A DNA stretch of 12,921 nt from Octopus sinensis (GCF_006345805.1 NW_021826457.1:1-12921); one strand, 5' to 3'. Positions 1 through 7,626 are shown, numbered from the stretch's first letter. Numbers and translations are program-made. The notes: generated from the letters alone by a model not told the origin.

Positions 1-280
1 TACAATGTGATGGGTGTAATGTATAGATGCTTATATAGTCTTAGATCTCTTTCATTAATGATAAATAATTGTTCTACATGAAGCTTGTTTCCATTGCAAT
101 AATGATGATTATGAAACTGTTAACATATTGCATAGTTATTTATTAGATGGTAATCTGAAATATTGAATATATGAAATACCTCAGGAGGTGCTCTTTTCTT
201 TGAATAGTCTTCTGTAGATATTGAACCTATATTAAAATATATCCTTCTCACTGTCTGCTTTCTCTCTTCTTATCTTTCAG

Positions 281-328
281 TTCAACATGCTGTGTTATAC
301 CTAAAAACAGAGGGTTATACACATCCAG
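281..328 (+). CDS. 48-nt internal coding exon of a TNF-superfamily ligand gene (first strand of the TNF homology domain)
   Basis: Pyrimidine tract plus CAG acceptor (tctctcttcttatctttcag, ends 280) and donor CAG|GTAAGC (329). Phase 1-1, reading xQHAVLYLKTEGYTHP. Its final G joins AT at 5124 to give an in-frame D. QHAVLYL...LQW aligns with the TNF strand A/A' pattern (e.g. VAHV...LQW). Confidence 0.8.
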
Positions 329-422
329 GTAAGCTAATTTATACAGATTTATTGCACACTTTTTCTCATAATTTGAATTACTCCCTTACATAACTGATAA
401 TAACTACTTTATATAAACACCT

Positions 423-500
423 ATGTGTGTGTACGTACACACACACACACATGCATACACATATATATACATATATATATGTATATATATACACACACAC

Positions 501-532
<32 letters not shown>

Positions 533-539
533 ATATATA
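423..539. repeat. Compound (TG)/(CA)/(TA) microsatellite
   Basis: Directly visible. Its last TA is the left target site of the Tc1. Confidence 0.95.
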
Positions 540-2233
540 CACTTGCGTCGGAAATTAATTAGCACTTCTCAAATTTCTACATTTTCTTACATTTTCTTAA
601 TTTAATTAACTTACTATCAGAAACGAACTCGTTTTTAATCAAAAATTTATTAAAACATATCCCAGCACACCACATAATTGTTATTAATCGTGAAATAATT
701 TAGTCAATATCTTGTTGCTCCTCCTTGGCAGCAATGACAGCTGCTACGCGGGTCGGCATGCTGTCTATGAGTGCCTGCAGGTACTGTGCAGGGATAGCCC
801 CCCCCCATGCAGCAAGAAGTGCCCAAACAGCTCGTGTCGGTTCCTGTATTGCTGCACATTCAAATCCCTACCCAATCGACTCCAGAGGTTCTCAATAGGG
901 TTCAGGTCAGGTGACTGGCCAGGCCAGTCCATGACTGTCACCCCATGGTCCTTGAAGAAACCGGTTGTGAGCTTGGCTGTGTGGGAAGGCGCGTTGTCCT
1001 GCTGGAGCACGTACTCCTCGCCACCAAAGAGGTATCCCGTACTATCTCAACGTACTTTGCTGCGTTGATGTTGCCTTCGACAGCATAGAGCCACCCAACA
1101 CCACTGTAGCTGAACGCCCCTCACACCATCAGACCACCCCCACCATGCTTCATGGTGGGAGCAATGCAGTCTTTGTTGAAACGCTCACCCCTGCGGCGTC
1201 GCACATGGACAGGCTTGTCACTGACGAGACTGAATCGTGACTCGTCAGTGAACATCACTGTCCGCCACTGCTGCACGGTCCATGTCTTGTGGGCACGGGC
1301 CCAGAGCAGCTGCCTCTTCCGGTTTTGGGCGGCCCTACAGGATTTTAGACCAGCTTCCAGTAATCTGATCTTGACGGTGGTTGTAGACAACTGCTTTCCT
1401 GTCATCTTTTGCATCTCCTCCGCCAGTTGCCGGGTCGTTGCCCTTCGGTTGTACAGTGACATTCGGATCATGATCCGGTCCTCCCGCTGGGTCATCAGCC
1501 TCTTCCGTCCCCTACCGTTTTTGTCAGCTGCTGATGCGGTTTCCTCGTATTTCTTAAATAAGCACTGAATTGTGCGCCTGGCTACACCAAGTTTTCTGGC
1601 TATTGCAATCTCCGACAGCTTCCCACGCCACGAGAGAGCCTCGTACCGTCTCTCCAAGGTCATGCGAGGTCTTGGGCCCATCTAGGAATGAACGATAAAA
1701 ACCAGTTATTTTCATTAAAACTATTCATTTGAATAATGTTATGCTATAACAAAACTGCTATGAGTTATTATTCATTAAACAAAAAAAGAAAGAAAGCAGA
1801 ATTTCTCACCTTATTTGATGTATAACAGAAAGTTTTGTGAACCGGAAGTGACGTCACCAAGCAGAGTGTAGGAGAATTTGTGAGGAAAAAAATCTTGCAA
1901 ATACACAAATCAATTAACCTACGAGCTGTTCAAAACGTCTTACGCGATGAGAAAACTTAGTATGGTGTGATTTCAGTCCTTGCGAGGCGCTACCTATATC
2001 TATTAAACAAAGGAAGATTTGTCTGCATCCGCACTCCAAGTTGTTGTTGCACTGCTATGTCAACATCATTAGGCTGTAGACTCTCAAACCGCTCTGCAAA
2101 CAAAGTTACGTCATCGTTCTGTGCAACAGTGAACTCGCAATAAAGCAATAGTTCGAGATATGGCCACTAGGTGACAGCAAATACCTTGAGTGAAGAGCAA
2201 ATGAAGGGTGCTAATTAATTTCTGACGGTAGTG
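540..2233 (-). mobile_element. Full-length (1694 bp) Tc1-family DNA transposon, non-functional copy
   Basis: 26-bp TIRs: CACTTGCGTCGGAAATTAATTAGCAC (540-565) versus the reverse complement of 2208-2233, CACTACCGTCAGAAATTAATTAGCAC (3 mismatches). TA duplication at 538-539 and 2234-2235. Encodes a transposase. Confidence 0.95.
704..1681 (-). pseudogene. Tc1 DD34E transposase pseudogene
   Basis: HTH-type N-terminus with GRKR, then MFTDESRF, KHGGGGLMV*G, QQDNAPSH and WPGQSPDLNPIENLW, with 34 residues between the second D and the E. Lesions: short in-frame deletion after SCRA, TGA replacing W at 1121-1123, and frameshifts near 1031, 822 and 720. The reconstructed end is AAKGGATRY* (TGA at 704-706). 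Confidence 0.95.
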
Positions 2234-2269
2234 TACATATTTTAAATCTCTATCAATATATATATATCA

Positions 2270-2342
2270 CAGACCCCAGTTGAACCGTCCAACCCATGCT
2301 AGCATGGAAAGCGGACGCTAAATGATGATGATGATGATGATA
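2270..2342 (+). mobile_element. Extreme 3' stub of an RTE-like LINE (or its derivative) ending in (ATG)n
   Basis: Near-identical to the reverse complement of about 8044-8115, including the perfect palindrome CCATGCTAGCATGG and a (GAT)n tail. Flanked by (AT)n. Confidence 0.8.
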
Positions 2343-2534
2343 TATATATATATATTCTAGCTGAAATACCTGGTAATACCCGGAAAAGCAGGGGTTATTT
2401 CCAGTTCCTATTCCTTCTTTAGTTCTGCTCCTATTCCTATCCCCAATCCTATGTCACTATATACATTTTAGAATCAATTAGGTGTAATGAAATCATTAAA
2501 TATTTCATTAACAGTTATAGTAATAGTCTTTGGC

Positions 2535-2860
2535 TATTACAAACTATTAATACAATTAGTGGGTGAGTAAAGAATGTCCCCATATTATTTTAACAAACGA
2601 ATATGCATCTGGGTAAAATAAATGAGTTGACTGGAAATGCTGGGAAAGTGGGGGTTGTTCCCATTTGCCATTACACTGTTCCATGTCATATCCCATTTCC
2701 TGTTCATTTCTTGTTCATTTCCTGTCTTTATATCCATCTTGTCATTTATGTAAAAAGGTTATTGCAAAAAATAGGTATTACAAACTATTAATTCGATCAG
2801 TGGGTAAATAAGGAACATCTCTATACTATTTTAATGAATGATTGTGCATCTGAGTAAAAT
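2535..2860 (+). repeat. Dispersed 85-bp direct repeat (2535-2619 and 2776-2860)
   Basis: Ungapped alignment with 68/85 identical. 15 of the 17 differences are transitions. Confidence 0.85.
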
Positions 2861-2949
2861 TCACTAACATAAGTCACCCTCTCTCTGTTAGTACCTTTCT
2901 CTCTGTTACTACCTTAGACATACGTTTTGCAACCTTCTCATTTTATCTC

Positions 2950-3115
2950 ATAATTCACCCAGTGCTCCAGGGGTGCAAATTACAGATTTGTATTGAAATC
3001 TAATTATCCTATTATTGAACTGGATGTTAGTGTAACATGTATGCAAAGTTTCATGAATATTGGTCAATGGTTTAGGTACTAAGATGGTAACAGATGGACA
3101 GGCAGAAATTGTCAT
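2950..3115 (-). mobile_element. Possible fragment of a DINE-1/Helentron-like non-autonomous element
   Basis: Minus strand reads microsatellite, then ctgtccatctgt...ccaatattcatgaaactttgcatac, which resembles the GTCCGTCTGT...GATTTTCATGAAACTT core I recall from such elements. Termini not established. Confidence 0.3.
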
Positions 3116-3127
3116 ATACATACATAT

Positions 3128-3170
<43 letters not shown>

Positions 3171-3252
3171 TCGATAGATAGATAAATACACATGCACTCA
3201 CGCACACACATGCACACATGTATATTGTTGTATATATATATATTTATGTATA
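3116..3252. repeat. Compound (TACA)/(TA)/(GATA)/(CA) microsatellite
   Basis: Directly visible. Confidence 0.9.
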
Positions 3253-3350
3253 TCAATAATAATATGACAACAAAACAATGAATGAGACCTAGATATTATG
3301 CAAATAGAGGAATTTATCTATGAATATAATATATGTGACAATTAGTTGGT

Positions 3351-3423
3351 TGTCATAATAAAACTCAGAGTTTTGGATGCCGGGGTTGAAGTCTGCTCCG
3401 GCATCTCATCAGTTATTAAGACA
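3351..3423 (-). ncRNA. Type I hammerhead ribozyme fold with G12-to-A substitution (probably inactive)
   Basis: Minus strand: UGUCU-UAAUAA | CUGAUGA | GAUGCCGG-14 nt-CCGGCAUC C | AAA (canonical GAA) | ACU-CUG-AGU | U | UUAUUA-UGACA. Stem I is 6 bp (plus 4 bp after a U-U), stem II 8 bp, stem III 3 bp, with a GUU cleavage triplet. Confidence 0.75.
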
Positions 3424-4087
3424 GGTGGTATAAAAATGTTTCTGGGGTAGTTATGTTTGATAAAAATAACTTGTATATCTAATTTTTTAAATCATCTCCT
3501 TTGAAATAGTCACCTTGTGCAGCAATATACCAGTTCCAGCATTCCTGCTGCTTTTCAAATGTAGCCTGGAAGTTGTCTTCTGTAAGTGGTGGTCCTTCAG
3601 AGATTCACTCTGGATCCCATTGGTGGTGTTATAATGGCAACCTTTGAGCTGTATTTTCATCTTGGGAAAGAGATGGAAGTACACAGGTACTAAATCTGGG
3701 GAATAGGGCGGGTGCAGAAGTGATACCCCCATTTTTGGCAAGAAGCTCACCAATGAGGAGGGCTCAGTTAAGAACCCAATTCTTCATGCTCCCGAGACCA
3801 GGTTGTTTTTGCCTAATATCCTCTTTCAAGGGCTCAGTTAAGAACCCAATTCTTCGTGCTCCCGAGACCAAGTTGTTTTTGCCTAATATCCTCTTTCAAA
3901 TGCTTCAAAGCATCACAGTACTACTCTTGATTGACAGACTAACCCTGGGGGAGGAATTCTCAATGCATAATGCTACATTTCTCCAGAGTGACACTCGTGG
4001 CAGATCTTCCAGATCTCTCATGACTTCCAGGGTTGTTTTTCTGCTTTTGAAGTGCCTGTGCCAATTGAAACCTTACGTACAACCCAT
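3422..4087 (-). mobile_element. Internally deleted, decayed mariner-family (DD34D-type) transposon remnant
   Basis: Minus-strand fragments [14 protein letters not shown]...ERSGRSATSVT join directly to SIMH*EFLPQG*SVNQE*YCDALKHLKEDIR...WVL, then LLHPPYSPDLVPVYFHLFPKMKIQLKG and QGDYFKGDD*. The first and second catalytic motifs are deleted and the third D reads Y. The left boundary is approximate and no second TIR was found. Confidence 0.85.
3759..3898 (+). repeat. 70-bp tandem duplication inside the mariner remnant
   Basis: 3759-3828 versus 3829-3898, 2 mismatches. Confidence 0.97.
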
Positions 4088-4173
4088 ATATATATATATA
4101 TATATATAGCTTTGGTGAGAAATGTTACACATTTGAAATTCTCTCAGAGTATGTCGATTTTGTACCTTTGATC

Positions 4174-4333
4174 ATATGTGTTTATACATATATACATATA
4201 TGTATATATACATATGTATATATATATACATATGTATATATATATGTATGTATATATATATATAATATGTATGTGATATATATATATATGTATGGTATAT
4301 ATATATATATGTATGTGTATATATATATATATG

Positions 4334-4386
<53 letters not shown>

Positions 4387-4566
4387 TATATATATATATA
4401 TATATGTATGTGATATATATATATGTATATATATTATATATTATATATATGTATTATTATATGTATTATATATATATATATATATGTATAATATATATAT
4501 GTATGTGTATATATGTATGTGTATATATGTATGCATATATATATATATATATATATATAATTGTAG

Positions 4567-4622
<56 letters not shown>

Positions 4623-4636
4623 ATATATATGTGTGG

Positions 4637-4692
<56 letters not shown>

Positions 4693-4724
4693 ATATATAT
4701 ATATATATATATGTTATATATATA

Positions 4725-4764
<40 letters not shown>

Positions 4765-4788
4765 ATGTATGTATGGTATATATGTATG

Positions 4789-4830
<42 letters not shown>
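4174..4830. repeat. About 650-bp imperfect (TA)n/(TATG) microsatellite
   Basis: Directly visible. It is the source of the YI-rich spurious ORFs. Confidence 0.97.
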
Positions 4831-5123
4831 CTTTGGTGATGAGAAAGAGGAGAGAGAGAGGAGAAGAGAGGGGAGGAAGAGGAATTTTTTGCTCTATGTA
4901 TTGAATATATCTGTAAATTATCATTATCATTAAATTAGTGAGTTAGCAGAATCATTAAGACTTAGTCTGAAATTCTGTTGAGGTTGTCTTCAGCTTTCAT
5001 CCTTTTAGTGTCAATAAAATAAGTACCAGTTAAACACTAGGGTCAAAGCAGTTTACTTAATCTTGCCCCGTAATTTCTAGCTTTGTGCAAAATGTGAAAT
5101 CATTTTCATTATTTCTTTTTCAG

Positions 5124-5512
5124 ATAAGGAAATAAGGTTACAATGGAAGAAAGATGAGAAGCAGAGTGTAGGCAACATTCAACTGGTCAATGAAACTCTC
5201 ATATATATTCCACAGGATGGGGTATACCAAATAAACAGTGCTGTGCAATTGCGCTTTAGAAAAGCTGATTCTGCCGCAATTGTAACCATGTTATATAGGA
5301 AAAAGAATGGGGCACCAGACGAATATTTTATAAAAAGGAAAAAATCCCTACACAATGTATCAGAACATGCTGTAATACAAACATCATTTACACACCAATT
5401 TAAAGCAAATGATTCAATGTATTTGATGATGAACAAGGCAAGATTCATCAGCCCCGATAAATACTCAAGCTATTTCACTATCACCAGTTTCAATACAAAT
5501 GATCCTCAGTAA
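5124..5512 (+). CDS. Terminal coding exon of a TNF-superfamily ligand (TNF homology domain)
   Basis: Acceptor atttctttttcag ends at 5123. Stop-free frame DKEIRLQWKKDEKQSVGNIQLVNETLIYIPQDGVYQINSAVQLRFRK...SFTHQFKANDSMYLMM...DKYSSYFTITSFNTNDPQ*. It shows the LxW, IxIPxDGxYxIxSxVxL, FxxxDxxYL and terminal aromatic-strand motifs of TNF domains. The ORF track shows only the part from 5243. Upstream transmembrane/stalk exons are not seen in the window. Confidence 0.88.
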
Positions 5513-5587
5513 AATGTTAGTGTTGTACTTTAAATACAGATAAACTGCTTTCCCAAGAGCTTCTCTTTCACCATAAAACATCTTGTG

Positions 5588-5593
5588 AATAAA
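5588..5593 (+). promoter_or_regulatory. Candidate polyadenylation signal AATAAA (proximal)
   Basis: First AATAAA after the stop codon (76 nt downstream). The hexamer is common by chance in AT-rich DNA. Confidence 0.35.
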
Positions 5594-5705
5594 AAATTCT
5601 TTTGCTTTCTTCTATTCTGTTATCAGTTTTAATCAGTGGTTTGTGGTTACATTGAAGCATTTCTTTGGAGATAATCTTTATATCCAAGGTGTCCCTATTT
5701 AACTT

Positions 5706-5711
5706 AATAAA
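5706..5711 (+). promoter_or_regulatory. Candidate polyadenylation signal AATAAA (distal)
   Basis: Second AATAAA after the stop codon, with T-rich sequence downstream. Confidence 0.3.
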
Positions 5712-5806
5712 AAGATTATCTTTTGGTATTAACACTGCATGCATCCCCAACGATTAACTTTGGAGTTTCATTTAATTATATCAAGCTCTTTGTCTTTTCT
5801 CTAGAC

Positions 5807-6025
5807 CAGTGGTTTTCAACCAGGGTTCCGCAGAACCTTAGGGTTCCGCCAGTACAGTCCAGGGGTTCCGCAAGAAGTTACAAAACTGCTAAAATCGGCA
5901 GTAATTTTTAATTCTCCTGTGCAGATATGTGTGCATAAGACTATTAAATTATTGCACAGGGGTTCCTCGAACCAGTGGAATGTTTCCTTGGGGTTCTGCT
6001 CTAGCAAAAAGTTTGAAAAGCACTG
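5807..6025. mobile_element. 219-bp hAT (Charlie-like) MITE
   Basis: TIRs CAGTGGTTTTCAA and reverse-complement CAGTGCTTTTCAA. 8-bp target duplication CTCTAGAC (5799-5806) / CTCTAGAT (6026-6033) fits the NTCTAGAN preference of Charlie-type hATs. Repeated subterminal GGGTTC(C) motifs. Confidence 0.92.
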
Positions 6026-6350
6026 CTCTAGATCTTAGTTGTTGTCATACGATACAAAATGTGAAGCGGAGATTGCTGTAAGAGAAGACTATTCGAACAA
6101 TCACAATCGCTGCAGAGTATTTTTGTTTAAATGCACACAAAGCCACTTGTCAGTTTTTACATGTTTACATGACATACCATTGATTCACCATTATCGTATA
6201 TTTTTTAATCATTGTTGGTATCCCTTTCATTTCATACATATGGTTCTACACAGTAATGTTTTCTGTGTGTATAAATGCTTTTCTCAAATAAAATTACACC
6301 TCATGTTTGAAAATCTATTTATTATTCCCTTGCCATTTATTTTATTTCTT

Positions 6351-6709
6351 ATATATGTGTATGTATATATGTATGTATGTATGTATGTATGTAAGTTATT
6401 CTGTGTTTGTATGTATGTATGTATGTATGTAAGTGTGTGTCTATGTATGTATGTATGTATGTATGTAAGTGTGTGTCTGTGTATGTATGTATGTATGTAT
6501 GTATGTGTGTATGTATGTATGTACGCATGTATGCATGTATGTATGTATGTATGTATGCATGTATGTATGTATGTATGTATGTATGTAAGTGTGTGTCTGT
6601 GTATGTATGTATGTATGTATGTAAGTGTCTGTGTATGTATGTATATATGTATGTATGTATGTATGTATGTGTCTGTGTATGTATGTATGTATGTAAGTGT
6701 CTGTGTATG

Positions 6710-6740
<31 letters not shown>

Positions 6741-6875
6741 GTTAGTGTGTGTCTGTGTATGTATGCATGTATGTATGTGTGTATGTGTGTATGTATGCAT
6801 GTATGCATGTATGTATGCATGTATGTATGTATGTATGTATGCATGTATGCATGTGTGTATGTATGTATGTATGTA
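6351..6875. repeat. (GTAT)n tetranucleotide array with recurring AAGTGT(GT)CT interruptions
   Basis: Directly visible. It is the source of the MYVC/HTYI spurious ORFs. Confidence 0.97.
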
Positions 6876-7023
6876 AATTAGAAAAAAATCACCTTTTATC
6901 AATTCAATTATACCATCTAGAAAATTACTTATTATAGAAATATTATTATATTATATTTTGTGAAATTTGATTTAGTATTTCTAAATTGAATTTTTCCCTG
7001 TAAGTTTGGAACAATATTCCCTC

Positions 7024-7087
<64 letters not shown>

Positions 7088-7141
7088 TAAGTATCGGAAA
7101 GAATGGAGCTGAACGAAGATTTAACAAAATTCCTTTATTTT

Positions 7142-7227
7142 ATTTTCGACATATGTTTCCAAGTCTGCAAAGTCCCTAATTCCGATCAAATAAGGAGTCC
7201 ATTTTGCAGCTTTCTCTTCAGGAAAAT
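7142..7227 (-). ncRNA. Mirror hammerhead copy in the left arm, with C11.1-to-G change
   Basis: Reverse complement reads AUUUUC CUGAAGA GAAAGCUGCAAA...UUUGCAGACUUG GAAAC AUAU GUC GAAAAU. The core is intact but the G10.1-C11.1 pair is lost (position 7160). Confidence 0.7.
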
Positions 7228-7298
7228 CCAGGAACTTAATTCTCCAACAAAATACACCACAAGCTTTTCGACAAAATGTTGGAGAATTAAGTTCCTGG

Positions 7299-7384
7299 AT
7301 TTTCCTGAAGAGAAAGCTGCAAAATGGACTCCTTATTCAATCAGAATTAGGGACTTCGCAGACTCCGAAACATATGTCGAAAAT
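7299..7384 (+). ncRNA. Type I hammerhead ribozyme fold with intact core and extended stem II
   Basis: AUUUUC (7299-7304) | CUGAAGA (7305-7311) | G...55-nt stem II...C (7312-7366) | GAA | AC-AUAU-GU | C (7378, GUC site) | GAAAAU (7379-7384). Stem I can extend by AAGUUCCU/AGGAAUUU across an internal loop. Stem III plus loop, ACAUAUGU, is self-complementary. Confidence 0.8.
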
Positions 7385-7595
7385 AAAATAAAGGAATTTT
7401 GTTAAATCTTCGTTCAGCTCCATTCTTTCCTATACTTAATATATAAAACTTCAAATTTCTGCACTAAGGCACGGATTTTATGCCCCATGGTCGTAACTTC
7501 AACCGTGCTCTTTCTGTTGTGATTTTTGCTACCCAGGTATCGGTTATCATTTGAATTATCCGTAATAAGATAATTCATTTATCTACTTCAATAAT

Positions 7596-7626
<31 letters not shown>

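Larger units (their letters stand above)
329..5123 (+). other. Last intron (4795 nt, GT-AG, phase 1) of the TNF-like gene
   Basis: GTAAGC donor and TTTTTCAG acceptor with compatible phase. Contains the Tc1, mariner, RTE stub, a hammerhead fold and microsatellites. Confidence 0.75.
7081..7445. repeat. Long inverted repeat: 169-bp arms (7081-7249 and 7277-7445) with a 27-nt spacer; probable inverted remnant of a hammerhead-bearing (Penelope-like?) retroelement
   Basis: Base-by-base comparison gives 162/169 matches. A (TA)n tract lies immediately to the left and another at about 7596. The family assignment is inferred from the embedded hammerhead. Confidence 0.9.

Noticed and set aside
712-1568. 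Plus-strand ORFs 712-1068 and 1152-1568
   Set aside because: Antisense shadows of the GC-rich Tc1 transposase.
2357-2404. CTAG plus imperfect hairpin resembling a Helitron-like terminus
   Set aside because: The inverted repeat needs several gaps, and no matching other end was found.
3759-3898. CRISPR-like repeat
   Set aside because: Two directly adjacent copies with no spacer, inside a eukaryotic transposon remnant.
4168-4933. Long YI/YM-rich ORFs on both strands (also 423-605, 2948-3256, 12297-12834)
   Set aside because: They are translations of (TA)n/(TG)n microsatellites, which lack stop codons.
5690-5775. ATTTA pentamers in the TNF 3' region as a possible AU-rich element
   Set aside because: Isolated single copies at background frequency, not the clustered ARE of mammalian TNF.
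6039-6937. 233-aa and overlapping MYVC/HTYI ORFs
   Set aside because: They are translations of the (GTAT)n array.
7103-7405. 100-aa ORF MELNEDLTKF spanning the palindrome
   Set aside because: No recognisable domain, and it lies wholly within the inverted repeat.
7400-7470. Minus-strand EVLYIKYRK..ELNED, resembling a GIY-YIG endonuclease C-terminus
   Set aside because: Short, needs a frameshift, and no upstream GIY-YIG motif was found.
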